DNA from: an uncultured virus (IMG/VR IMGVR_UViG_3300035190_000132)
Lineage: Duplodnaviria > Heunggongvirae > Uroviricota > Caudoviricetes
Virus record (IMG/VR): IMGVR_UViG_3300035190_000132
Strand: one strand, 5' to 3'
Length of the DNA stretch: 64,000 nt
Made by a program: the position numbers and the translations under genes. Numbering within the stretch: the stretch's first letter is position 1; each line of letters begins with the position of its first letter. Below the pieces are notes generated by a model that did not search any database, had not been told where the DNA came from, and saw only the letters and a program-made list of their open reading frames with translations. Below are positions 37,534-47,141 of this stretch, in pieces.

Positions 37534-37785
37534 TCATATGGTGCAGCAGCCACAGCATGGCGCGTCTTCACAACGGCCCTTTTTGTTGCGGTAGAACTCG
37601 CGGCCCGAAAAGTTGTAAACATCGCTCACGCGCGGGCTGGTGGTTGAAAATTGGATTGTGTCGGCGTCAGGCTCCAGCTCCGCCGTTCGGGTTTCTGTGT
37701 TGTAAATGATGAAATCCCCGGGGTTTATGCGGGCGCCTGATAGGCTGCACTTCCCGGGGTATTTTGCGCGCATTGTTTTAAGCAT
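37534..37785 (-). CDS. Cys-rich hypothetical early protein
   Basis: AKYPGKC...GRCEDAPCCGCC. Confidence 0.7.
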   Translation of the reverse strand: MLKTMRAKYPGKCSLSGARINPGDFIIYNTETRTAELEPDADTIQFSTTSPRVSDVYNFSGREFYRNKKGRCEDAPCCGCCTI

Positions 37786-37788
37786 AAT

Positions 37789-38481
37789 TCAACCTTTCAA
37801 AATTGGAATGACTCGGCGGGCCAGCTTGTCGGTTTGCTTGGCCTTGCTGCCATGGGCCCGGAAACCCACAATAAAATCACGATCGGCCCGGCTGCACCAT
37901 GGTTCGAAATTCCCGCATGACTCACACGTTATTTCGTCTCGGGTTTGGGCCTCACAGACCACGATTAGGCGCCCGGCTGGGGTGTGGCTGACTTTTGGCG
38001 TATCCATGGGCACAACGGCAACAACGGGCCCGGCGCCGGTGTTGGCCAGCTTGTCGGCGTGGCCGGCATTGTCGGCGCTTAGGTTTATCGTAAAGCCCCA
38101 AGCGTTGGCGTGTTTCACCCAGCGCAGGGCCTCGGGCTGGTGTTTGTGCGTGTAGGTAAACCCGCGCCGGCCCCGGTTGGCCTTCACGATCAGGCCCAGC
38201 GCGTGGGCGTCTACTGCTTCACCCTTGCCGGGCAGATCACCCACTACAGCAAAACGCCACACTTGGCCGGGCGGTAAGCTTTGAATGTGGCCGGCCAGCT
38301 GCTGCACCGGGGCGCCGCGCTGGGGTACCTTGTCCCAGCTCATGCGGGTATGAAAATCTTCACCATAGCAGCCGGCCCGGTAAAGGGCGCAGCCGGGCGG
38401 GCAAGTGTCGCGGAGGTTGTAAGTAACAGGCAGCGGGCCGGTTTTGCGGTTTCCGCTATTTCGAATGAATGTGTAAAGCAT
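37789..38481 (-). CDS. Cys-cluster protein (Gp88-like, possibly Fe-S binding)
   Basis: SGNRKTG, TCPPGC.....CY, GDLPG, FTYTH, INLSAD, CESC. Confidence 0.65.
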   Translation of the reverse strand: MLYTFIRNSGNRKTGPLPVTYNLRDTCPPGCALYRAGCYGEDFHTRMSWDKVPQRGAPVQQLAGHIQSLPPGQVWRFAVVGDLPGKGEAVDAHALGLIVKANRGRRGFTYTHKHQPEALRWVKHANAWGFTINLSADNAGHADKLANTGAGPVVAVVPMDTPKVSHTPAGRLIVVCEAQTRDEITCESCGNFEPWCSRADRDFIVGFRAHGSKAKQTDKLARRVIPILKG

Positions 38482-38490
38482 TGCAGCCCC

Positions 38491-38889
38491 TTAGTTAAAT
38501 GCGGGCGCGGTGGCCGTGATCTGTTCGACAATTGCGGCGGTTTTGGCCGGGTTTATTTCATCGGGGCCGGCTTTGTATAGGCGCTCGATAATGGATAGAT
38601 CACGGCCCAGTAAATAGGTGCCGTTATCGCCGTTGTCGCGGTCGCTGGTGCCGTATTGCTGGCGGTAGACTGTCATCCCCACATTGCAGCGGAAAAAATG
38701 CCGGGCCATCATTTCGGCCAGCTGGTCGAGCGCTTCGGCTTGTGCTGCAGCTGTTGGCGCATGGCGCAGGCCCAGCGCGCGGGCCGCGTCTATAAAGCCC
38801 TGAACGCTGGCCCGGCCTCCGTTCCAATGCAGATAAATTGCAGGCGCATTGCGGGCGGTGTTGAAAGTTAAAACGGCTCTGTTTCCCAT
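38491..38889 (-). CDS. Conserved phage early hypothetical protein
   Basis: MGNRAV, IYLHWNGG, DNGDNGTY. Confidence 0.7.
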   Translation of the reverse strand: MGNRAVLTFNTARNAPAIYLHWNGGRASVQGFIDAARALGLRHAPTAAAQAEALDQLAEMMARHFFRCNVGMTVYRQQYGTSDRDNGDNGTYLLGRDLSIIERLYKAGPDEINPAKTAAIVEQITATAPAFN

Positions 38890-39084
38890 GGTTAAAACCC
38901 CTTTGTAAAAATGTCGAAGTAAAAAAGGGCGCCCACAGTCAGGGCGCCGGCCACTAGCAAAATGGCCGCGAAGTCTGCACCGGCTGCAGCGCGTGATTCG
39001 GCGCGCTCGGCGGCCGGGCTGTAGTGCTGTCGGTGTTGGTGGTGTTTCATTGGTTCCATGGTTTTCCTTTTGGTTGGTTGGGGT

Positions 39085-39729
39085 TTATGCATCGTCAAGC
39101 ATGAGGGCTGCGCGCTCGGCGTAGTCGGCCCGGGCTTCGCGCTCGAGTTCGCGCCGGCCTTCGTGGTCGAGGTCGTGCAGCTGGTCGCGTATCTTCCCGA
39201 GTCGAACCTTAGCCAGCAATACGGCGCCGCTGCCAATATCCCAGCCGGCGGCCCAAGCGGCCCGGCGGTCGGCCTCTTCGGCCCTGTAGTCGGCAAGGGC
39301 CAGCTCTTCGAGCGCTTCCAGCTCTTCGGTCGTTGTGTTTAGGTTCTTAAGCGCTGCCAGCTGTTGGCCGATACCCAGCCCGGCCAGCGGGCGCGATACG
39401 TTCGGGAAATAGTCAACGGCGGCGGCGTAGTGTTTACCGGCCAGCACAGTTATAGCGCGGTCTTTATGCTGCTGCAGCTGCTGCGCGACCATGCCGGCCC
39501 AGACCTTGCGTTGTTGGGTGTTCATGTCACACAGCGCGCGATCGTAGGGCTGCAGCTGGCGCGTGGGGCTCACGGCGCCGTGTAGGGCCGAGAGGATGAT
39601 TACATCAGCGCCGGCCCGCTCTGCTGCGGCCATGGCCAGCTTGAACGCTTGGCCCTGATACAGCTCTGCAGCTGGTGCAGCGTGGCCCAGCTTGGCGCTA
39701 CTGCAGGCGATAAGGTAGAGAGGTTTCAT
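39085..39729 (-). CDS. DUF6884-like protein
   Basis: IACSSAK, AAELYQG, ILSALHG, LAGKHY, PLAGLGIGQQ. Confidence 0.7.
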   Translation of the reverse strand: MKPLYLIACSSAKLGHAAPAAELYQGQAFKLAMAAAERAGADVIILSALHGAVSPTRQLQPYDRALCDMNTQQRKVWAGMVAQQLQQHKDRAITVLAGKHYAAAVDYFPNVSRPLAGLGIGQQLAALKNLNTTTEELEALEELALADYRAEEADRRAAWAAGWDIGSGAVLLAKVRLGKIRDQLHDLDHEGRRELEREARADYAERAALMLDDA

Positions 39730-39972
39730 AGGGTTCCTTTCGGTGGTGGTTAAAACATGAATAACGATTACATAATGTCATGTGTTGACTTGTCAAGGGG
39801 TTTTTTTACAGTTAATGCAAAATAAATTGGCCGGCAATAATCCTGGGGAGGGGTGAGCTGCTGCAGCTGGTGAGCTGATAGGCCATGATGGCCAGCTGGG
39901 CCGTGGTGGTTTGCATTGCTGCGCGTGGTCTGCTATGTTCGGGATTCTTATTTCATACCCATTGAAAACACC

Positions 39973-40725
39973 ATGGTTCAAAAGTTAACACGCGCGCAAA
40001 TAAAAGCCGGCTTTGAGCAAGTCCCCATTGAATCGCTGTTAAGCAGCGGAGAGGGTAGAACACCCAAGATCAGCAGCAAGGCTAAGGCCTTCGCTCATGC
40101 CGTTGCACTCGGTAACACTAAGGCTGCAGCATACCGGCAAAGCTATAACCCAAAGCCTGCCAAGTCAACCATTGTGACGGCGCCATATAAGCTCGCGGCC
40201 GATCCTAGAATACAGCGTGAGGTTGAAGCGTATAAGCTGGCAATAGAAGCGGAGAAACATCGAACCCCTGCACAATTGAAGGCCCTGCTGGTGCAGCAGC
40301 TGGTAGAGCACACACTAAACCCAGAGTTCCCACCGGCCCAGCGTATGCGAGCGCTGCAGCTGATCGGTAACCTATTCGAAGTCGGAGCCTTCCTTGAGCG
40401 TAAAGAGAGCACCATCGTGCACAAGAGCGCTGACATACGGGCCCGGCTGCTCGATAGGCTGCAGCAGCGGGCGCCCAGCGCTGGCCCGGTCACCGATGCT
40501 CTGGAATTGATGGAAGAAATTCGAGGGGCTGCCACTTCGGAGGCTGCCAGCGGCGCACCCACCGCACCCGGGGCCCCGCCTGCAGGCCCCCGCGCGCCGG
40601 GCGCCCTATCACATACTGTTTCTGACATTCAAACATTAGACTCTGACATTCAAACACCAGAAAAAAAAGAGGGGGGGCCCTCCAAAAATCCAGATGAGCA
40701 GATCCTCGACTTTGATACAGAATGA
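39973..40725 (+). CDS. Putative terminase small subunit
   Basis: HTH-like KAFAHAVALG.TKAAAYRQSY; RMRALQLIG; upstream of TerL. Confidence 0.65.
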   Translation: MVQKLTRAQIKAGFEQVPIESLLSSGEGRTPKISSKAKAFAHAVALGNTKAAAYRQSYNPKPAKSTIVTAPYKLAADPRIQREVEAYKLAIEAEKHRTPAQLKALLVQQLVEHTLNPEFPPAQRMRALQLIGNLFEVGAFLERKESTIVHKSADIRARLLDRLQQRAPSAGPVTDALELMEEIRGAATSEAASGAPTAPGAPPAGPRAPGALSHTVSDIQTLDSDIQTPEKKEGGPSKNPDEQILDFDTE

Positions 40726-40885
40726 CCCCCCCTATGTTTATGTATACAAAAAGGGGTGGGGTATATTTTTTCCACATCTGTCAGTGACGATAGTGAAACT
40801 TACATGAAACTTACAGATTCTTACAATGATACATAAGAATAAAGAAGCGATTAAGCAAACGTTAGAGGCGTGTATAGGGGCGTGT

Positions 40886-41110
40886 ATGACTGAGAAGCAA
40901 AGGACTGTGTTCCTTGTGATAGATGAGTATTGGAGGAACTATGGATATGGGCCTTCTATAGATGACATCATGTTTCATACTGGAGATAGAGGGCGGGGGA
41001 ATGTACACAGGGTTGTGAAGAAGCTCTGTGACTTAGGGATATGCAGGCGCAGTGTTCATTCGGCACGTAGTGTGCGCCCGTCTTACTTAAAGTTGAGGAA
41101 CCTTCCTTGA
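40886..41110 (+). CDS. LexA-N-terminal-like winged-helix DNA-binding protein
   Basis: MTEKQRTVF..I...GYGPSIDDI...NVHRVVKKL..G. Confidence 0.75.
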   Translation: MTEKQRTVFLVIDEYWRNYGYGPSIDDIMFHTGDRGRGNVHRVVKKLCDLGICRRSVHSARSVRPSYLKLRNLP

Positions 41111-42690
41111 ACAAAAAACAACAACTGGAGATGCAAGAGGAGCGCGACCTGTTTGTAAGGAGGGTGATGTTTGCTCTTAACCTTACGAAACCAGAAGCCG
41201 AGGCCGCCGCTGTGACTTTCTTTAAGATGCCTTCTAACGAACAAGCCTCTTACCTTGACGACCTTGACGCATTAGAAGCCAGCCAACAAAGAGAAGAAGC
41301 CTTTGATGACTTTAATAAGTTCGCCCATGCTATGTGGCCGGGGTTCATTGATGGCCGCCACCATAAAGTCATGGCTAAGAAGTTTGAAGAGATCGCGACT
41401 GGAAAGATTAAACGCTTGATCATCAATATGCCCCCACGGCATACGAAGTCTGAGTTTGCTTCGTATATGTTGCCGGCTTGGTTTCTGGGACGGGATCCCA
41501 GTAAGAAGATCATCCAGTGTTCCAATACAGCAGAACTCGCGGTGGGCTTTGGCCGTAAGGTTCGTAACTTAGTAGCCAGTGAGCCGTTCTCTAAGATATT
41601 CCCCAATGTTAATTTAAGGTCAGACAGTAAAGCCGCTGGACGTTGGTCTACAAATAAAAACGGAGAGTATTTTGCTATCGGGGTAGGCGGTACAGTAACA
41701 GGTAAAGGTGCTGATCTATTAATCATTGACGATCCCCACTCTGAACAAGAAGCCGCCTTGGCCCAAGGAGATAACTCTGTCTTTGATAAAGTCTATGAGT
41801 GGTACACCTCTGGCCCTCGTCAACGTCTTCAGCCGGGTGGTGCGATTATTGTCGTGATGACGCGCTGGGCCAAGAGGGATCTGACTGGCCGGATCTTGCA
41901 GTCTGCGATTGATAAAGACGGAAACGATGACTGGGAAGTAATTGACTTCCCTGCAATTCTCCCATCGGGAAATCCTTTATGGCCAGAGTTTTGGAGCCTA
42001 GAAGAACTACACGCCCTACAGTCTGAACTGCCTGCGGCTAAGTGGAATGCCCAGTATCAACAGAGCCCGACTAGTGAACAAGGCGCGATTGTTAAGCGGG
42101 AGTGGTGGAAAGAATGGACAGACGAAGACCCGCCTAAGTGCGAGTTTGTGATCCAGTCTTGGGATACGGCGTTTACTAAAAACGAACGCTCTGACTATTC
42201 AGCTTGTACGACTTGGGGGGTTTTCTATTTGAACGAGAACCAGAACGATGCGAATATTATTTTGTTAGATGCGTTTAAAAAGCGCATGGAATTCCCAGAG
42301 TTAAAAGAGAAAGCCTTTAATCACTATAAAGAGTGGGAGCCAGATGCGTTTATCGTTGAGGCCAAGGCGTCCGGAGCGCCATTGATTTATGAACTCAGGG
42401 CGATGGGGATACCTGTTCAAGAGTTTACGCCGTCTAGAGGTAATGATAAGATGGTGAGGATCAATTCTGTATCTGATTTGTTTGCCAGCGGTAAGGTTTG
42501 GGCGCCAGCTACGCGCTGGGCTGATGAGTTAATGGAAGAAATGGCTGCGTTCCCAAACTCAGACCACGATGACTTAGTTGACTCTTCTACGCAGGCTCTG
42601 ATAAGGTTCAGAAAAGGCGGGTTTATACGCTTGCAGACAGACGAAGAGGACGAAGTTCGCTCGTTTAGACGCAAAGTTTCTTACTACTAA
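41107..42690 (+). CDS. Terminase large subunit
   Basis: INMPPRHTKS Walker A, LLIIDDPH Walker B, QSWDTA, HDDLVDS nuclease motifs. Confidence 0.95.
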   Translation: MNKKQQLEMQEERDLFVRRVMFALNLTKPEAEAAAVTFFKMPSNEQASYLDDLDALEASQQREEAFDDFNKFAHAMWPGFIDGRHHKVMAKKFEEIATGKIKRLIINMPPRHTKSEFASYMLPAWFLGRDPSKKIIQCSNTAELAVGFGRKVRNLVASEPFSKIFPNVNLRSDSKAAGRWSTNKNGEYFAIGVGGTVTGKGADLLIIDDPHSEQEAALAQGDNSVFDKVYEWYTSGPRQRLQPGGAIIVVMTRWAKRDLTGRILQSAIDKDGNDDWEVIDFPAILPSGNPLWPEFWSLEELHALQSELPAAKWNAQYQQSPTSEQGAIVKREWWKEWTDEDPPKCEFVIQSWDTAFTKNERSDYSACTTWGVFYLNENQNDANIILLDAFKKRMEFPELKEKAFNHYKEWEPDAFIVEAKASGAPLIYELRAMGIPVQEFTPSRGNDKMVRINSVSDLFASGKVWAPATRWADELMEEMAAFPNSDHDDLVDSSTQALIRFRKGGFIRLQTDEEDEVRSFRRKVSYY

Positions 42691-42698
42691 GGATACAT

Positions 42699-45125
42699 AT
42701 GTCCATTGAAAAATCACTTTACGCCGCACCAGAGGGTTTAGAAGCCCTAATGCCTGATACCGAAGAGGACGGCGGCATTGAAATTGAGATTGTTGACCCT
42801 GAAGAGGTCACAATTAGTATGGGTGGGATGGAAATAGCAATTGGCGGCGAAGAGATAGATGACTTTGACGCTAACTTAGTTGATTATTTAGACGAATCTA
42901 TCGTAACTGGGATAGTGACTGACCTAGTTGGCGACTATGACGATGACGTCAACTCCCGTAAAGACTGGATGCAGACCTATGTAGACGGGTTAGAGCTCTT
43001 GGGGATGAAGATTGAAGAGCGCGCCGACCCTTGGATTGGTGCTTGCGGTGTTTACCACCCATTATTGTCAGAAGCTTTGGTTAAATTCCAAGCTGAAATC
43101 ATGATGAGCACGTTTCCTGCAGCTGGGCCAGTGAAGACCCAGATCATTGGCAAGGAAACCCCCGAGAAAAAAGACGCTGCGACCCGTGTTCAAGATGATA
43201 TGAACTATCAGCTGACGGATGTAATGACAGAGTTTAGGCCAGAGCACGAAAGAATGGTCTGGGGTCTTGGTTTGTCTGGTAATGCTTTTAAGAAAGTCTA
43301 CTTTGATCCAAATTTTGACAGACAAACATCAATATTCGTTCCGGCTGAAGATCTGGTTGTGCCTTACGGCGCGTCCGACATTCAAACGTCCCCTCGCGTT
43401 ACGCACGTTATGCGAAAGACGGAAAACGAGCTGCGTAAGTTACAGGTTGCTGGATTCTATGCCGACATTGATTTGGGAGAGCCCAACAATACGCTGGATG
43501 AAGTAGAGAAAAAGATCGCTGAGAAGATGGGATTCCGCGCTTTGTCGGATGACCGCTACAAAATCCTTGAGATGAACGTAGAGCTCGACCTTGAAGGTTA
43601 CGAGCACACCGATAAAGACGGCGAACCTACAGGAATTGCCCTGCCTTACATTGTGACCATTGAACATGGAAGCATGAAGTGTCTGGCTATCCGCAGAAAC
43701 TGGAAACAAGGCGACAAACTCCACACTAAGCGCCAGCACTACGTCCATTATGGCTACGTCCCCGGCTTTGGCTTCTATTGTTTTGGACTGATTCACTTAG
43801 TTGGAGCATTTGCTAAGTCTGGTACGTCTATTTTGCGTCAATTGGTGGATGCAGGGACTCTGGCCAACTTGCCCGGCGGCTTTAAAACCCGTGGTCTGCG
43901 GGTTAAGGGAGATGACACACCAATCGGCCCAGCTGAGTGGCGCGATGTGGACGTACCAAGCGGATCTATTGCAGAGAACATCATGGCTCTGCCTTACAAA
44001 GAGCCGTCACAAGTATTGGCAACTCTTCTCGATAAGATTGTCGAAGAAGGCCGCAAGTTTGCGTCTGCCGCTGACATCCAAGTTGCTGATATGTCTGCCA
44101 ACTCTCCCGTTGGTACGACACTGGCCATCCTTGAGCGTCAGTTAAAGGTAATGACCGCTGTTCAGGCGCGTATTCACTATTCATTTAAGCAAGAGCTGGC
44201 TCTTCTGCGCGACATTATCAGAGACTACACACCTGATGAATACTCTTACCAGCCAGAAGAAGGATCCCGCAAAGCCAAGCGATCTGATTACGACTTAGTT
44301 GATGTTATTCCTGTGAGTGATCCCAATGCGGCCACGATGGCGCAGAAGATTGTCCAATATCAGGCGGTGATCCAGCTGGCCCAGCAAGCTCCCCAGATCT
44401 ATGACTTACCACAGTTACATAGGCAGATGCTTGATGTCCTCGGTATTAAAAACGCCCAGAAGTTGGTGCCGTTGCCTGATGATGAGATGCCAAAAGACCC
44501 AGTCAGCGAGAACATGGCCGCACTGAAAGGTATGCCGATGAAGGCGTTTATCTACCAAGATCAACAAGCCCACATTGCTACGCACCAGACGTTCATGCAA
44601 GACCCATTGATTCAAAAGACGGTGGGTCAGAACCCCATGGCCAATCAGATCATGGCTTCTATGCAGGCTCACATTGCCGAGCACTTAGGCTTCCACTATC
44701 GTCAGTTGATAGAGAAGCAAATGGGTGTGCCAATGCCCGCCCCGAACGAGAAATTGCCAGAGGATGTGGAAGTCCAGCTGTCGCAGCTCATCGCACAGGC
44801 AAGCGCCCAGTTACTGCAAGCCAATACTGCACAGGCCCAGCAGGCTCAAGCGGCGGCTATGCAACAAGATCCCCTTATCCAAATGCAACAGCAAGAGCTG
44901 GCGCTTAAGGGTCAAGAGGTGCAGCGTAAGGCTCAGAAGGATGCAACTGATGCCCAGCTCAAACAATCACAGCAGCAGATTGAGCGTGACCGTATCGCTA
45001 CCCAAAAGGAAATTGATATGGCGCGCCTGCAGGCTACGATACAAAAAGATCAGATGGAACTAGCCCAAGACGCCCAGTCAGAGAAGACCAAACTTTTGGC
45101 TGACATGATGAGGAATAAACAATGA
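42699..45125 (+). CDS. Portal protein
   Basis: 808 aa after TerL; GNAFKKVYFD, LRQLVDAGTLANLPGG; Gln-rich C-terminal barrel. Confidence 0.88.
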   Translation: MSIEKSLYAAPEGLEALMPDTEEDGGIEIEIVDPEEVTISMGGMEIAIGGEEIDDFDANLVDYLDESIVTGIVTDLVGDYDDDVNSRKDWMQTYVDGLELLGMKIEERADPWIGACGVYHPLLSEALVKFQAEIMMSTFPAAGPVKTQIIGKETPEKKDAATRVQDDMNYQLTDVMTEFRPEHERMVWGLGLSGNAFKKVYFDPNFDRQTSIFVPAEDLVVPYGASDIQTSPRVTHVMRKTENELRKLQVAGFYADIDLGEPNNTLDEVEKKIAEKMGFRALSDDRYKILEMNVELDLEGYEHTDKDGEPTGIALPYIVTIEHGSMKCLAIRRNWKQGDKLHTKRQHYVHYGYVPGFGFYCFGLIHLVGAFAKSGTSILRQLVDAGTLANLPGGFKTRGLRVKGDDTPIGPAEWRDVDVPSGSIAENIMALPYKEPSQVLATLLDKIVEEGRKFASAADIQVADMSANSPVGTTLAILERQLKVMTAVQARIHYSFKQELALLRDIIRDYTPDEYSYQPEEGSRKAKRSDYDLVDVIPVSDPNAATMAQKIVQYQAVIQLAQQAPQIYDLPQLHRQMLDVLGIKNAQKLVPLPDDEMPKDPVSENMAALKGMPMKAFIYQDQQAHIATHQTFMQDPLIQKTVGQNPMANQIMASMQAHIAEHLGFHYRQLIEKQMGVPMPAPNEKLPEDVEVQLSQLIAQASAQLLQANTAQAQQAQAAAMQQDPLIQMQQQELALKGQEVQRKAQKDATDAQLKQSQQQIERDRIATQKEIDMARLQATIQKDQMELAQDAQSEKTKLLADMMRNKQ

Positions 45126-45322
45126 TCGACAAATACCTAAAACTTCTAGCTTCAAAGATAGATGACAAAGTATCCCAACTCCAAATGTCAATAGCCGATG
45201 GCAAGGCTGAAGACTTTGCGGAGTACAAGAAGATGTGTGGAGAGGTGAAAGGTCTACTCACTGCACGTTTATACATCATAGACCTACAAGAAAGAGTCAA
45301 TCACGATGACGATGACGAGTGA
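45122..45322 (+). CDS. Hypothetical head-module protein
   Basis: Coupled to portal; EYKKMCGEVKGL. Confidence 0.7.
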   Translation: MIDKYLKLLASKIDDKVSQLQMSIADGKAEDFAEYKKMCGEVKGLLTARLYIIDLQERVNHDDDDE

Positions 45323-45728
45323 GATTTCAAATCTCGACATAACCAAGGCCGTGGATTTATCCAAGATCTTGAACACAAAGCCAGAGGAGAAGGCTAAACA
45401 ACTTCCCCGCCCATCTGGTTACAGAATTCTTTGTGCCATACCCGATATGGAAAAAGAATACGGAGACTCCGGACTCATTAAAGCGGAAGAAACTCTCATG
45501 ATTGAGGAAACCCTGACTACTGTGTTATTCGTAGTAGACATGGGCCCAGACTGCTACAAGGACGCAAGCCGATTCCCATCTGGCCCGTACTGCAAGAAGG
45601 GTGACTTTATCTTGATTAGACCCAATTCAGGAACGCGACTGGTAATTCACGGCAAAGAATTCCGTGTGATCAATGACGATTCTGTTGAAGGCGTAGTAGA
45701 TGATCCTCGCGGTATTCGCCGTAAATAA
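45306..45728 (+). CDS. GroES-like co-chaperonin
   Basis: PSGYRIL, SGLI, VVDMGP, GDFIL, RVINDDSVEGVV. Confidence 0.85.
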   Translation: MTMTSEISNLDITKAVDLSKILNTKPEEKAKQLPRPSGYRILCAIPDMEKEYGDSGLIKAEETLMIEETLTTVLFVVDMGPDCYKDASRFPSGPYCKKGDFILIRPNSGTRLVIHGKEFRVINDDSVEGVVDDPRGIRRK

Positions 45729-45736
45729 GGAACAAC

Positions 45737-46681
45737 ATGGCTGAAACTTTTAAATTCCCAGACGAACAGGATGACGTAAAGGTCACCACAGAAGACGATC
45801 AAACTGATGAACAGATCATCATTGACGTAGAAGACAACACGCCGGAAGAGGATCGCGGTAAACCCCCTCTGCCGGACAATGTAAAGGAAGAGCTCTATAA
45901 CGATGAGCTGGAAGACTATTCCAGTAAGGTCAAAAAGAAGCTAATCCAGATGAAGAAGCTGGCTCACGATGAACGCCGTGAGAAAGATAACGCTATACGA
46001 GAGCAACAAGAGGCTATTGCCTTTGCTCAAAAGGTAATGCAAGAGAACCAGCGCCTTAAGTCAAACCTTAATAACAGCGAGAAGAACGTGCTTATGAGCG
46101 TTCAGAAAGCTGTGGCTATGGAGATGGAAGCGGCCAAGCGCGCTTATCGTGAAGCCTATGATTCTGGCGACACTGATAAGGTGATGGAAGCCCAAGAGCG
46201 TCTTACCCAAGCAACCCTCAAAACCGAAAAAGTAAAGAATTTTCGTCCACCCGCTTTACAAGAGGAAGAAACTCCTGTACAAATGCAATCACAGCCGGCA
46301 CCACAGTTCCGTCCTGACCCCAGCGCGCAAGCATGGCAACAGGAAAATCCGTGGTTCGGAGAAGATGAAGAGATGACCAGTTTAGCTCTAGGCCTCCATG
46401 AGAGACTCAAGCGCGAAGGTGTTCAGGTTTCATCACAAGAATATTATCGAAAGATAGACGCCACTATCCGCAAGCGTTTCCCCGAGCGATTCGAGGAAGA
46501 AGCGGAACAAAATGAGCGCCCAGTCGCTCGAAGAAGTTCGGTGGTAGCACCGGCTACAAGGTCAACTGCTCCTAAGAGGGTTCGTTTGAATCCATCTGAA
46601 ATGAGTCTGGCCAAGAAACTAAATTTAACGCCCGAGCAATATGCCAAGGCGAAACTCGAAATGGAGGCCAATAATGGCTGA
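45737..46681 (+). CDS. Capsid scaffolding protein (putative)
   Basis: Acidic coiled coil, ENPWFG, LAKKLNLTPEQYAK; upstream of the capsid genes. Confidence 0.7.
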   Translation: MAETFKFPDEQDDVKVTTEDDQTDEQIIIDVEDNTPEEDRGKPPLPDNVKEELYNDELEDYSSKVKKKLIQMKKLAHDERREKDNAIREQQEAIAFAQKVMQENQRLKSNLNNSEKNVLMSVQKAVAMEMEAAKRAYREAYDSGDTDKVMEAQERLTQATLKTEKVKNFRPPALQEEETPVQMQSQPAPQFRPDPSAQAWQQENPWFGEDEEMTSLALGLHERLKREGVQVSSQEYYRKIDATIRKRFPERFEEEAEQNERPVARRSSVVAPATRSTAPKRVRLNPSEMSLAKKLNLTPEQYAKAKLEMEANNG

Positions 46682-47123
46682 AAACAGAAAACCGCGTGAA
46701 CTTGAAGATAGATTGATGGCTGAACGTCCTAAACAGTGGCAGCAGGCCGAACTTCTACCTGAACCCGACAAGCACCCGGACTACGCTTACCGATGGATTC
46801 GTGTTTCTAATTTAAACACAGCTGACCCTCGTAACTTGGCCGCAAAACGGCGCGAAGGATGGGAGCCAGTAGGTTTAGATGAACAACCACAATTTAGACT
46901 GTTAGCTGATCCCAATAGCCGTTATAAAGACCATATTGAGATTGGCGGGTTGTTACTCTGTAAGACCCCGAAAGAGTTTGTGGAACAGCGTAATACGCAC
47001 TTTAACAAGTTGACACAATCTCAGACGGAAGCTGTAGACAACAATCTAATGCGTCAAAGCGATGCGCGGATGCCTCTCTTCAAAGAGAATAAATCCTCGT
47101 CTAGCTTTGGTAAAGGTACTTAA
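46674..47123 (+). CDS. Conserved head-module hypothetical protein
   Basis: YRWIR, REGWEPV, GGLLLCK; GGAGG RBS. Confidence 0.7.
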   Translation: MAENRKPRELEDRLMAERPKQWQQAELLPEPDKHPDYAYRWIRVSNLNTADPRNLAAKRREGWEPVGLDEQPQFRLLADPNSRYKDHIEIGGLLLCKTPKEFVEQRNTHFNKLTQSQTEAVDNNLMRQSDARMPLFKENKSSSSFGKGT

Positions 47124-47141
47124 ATTTTATAGGAGTCTTAA

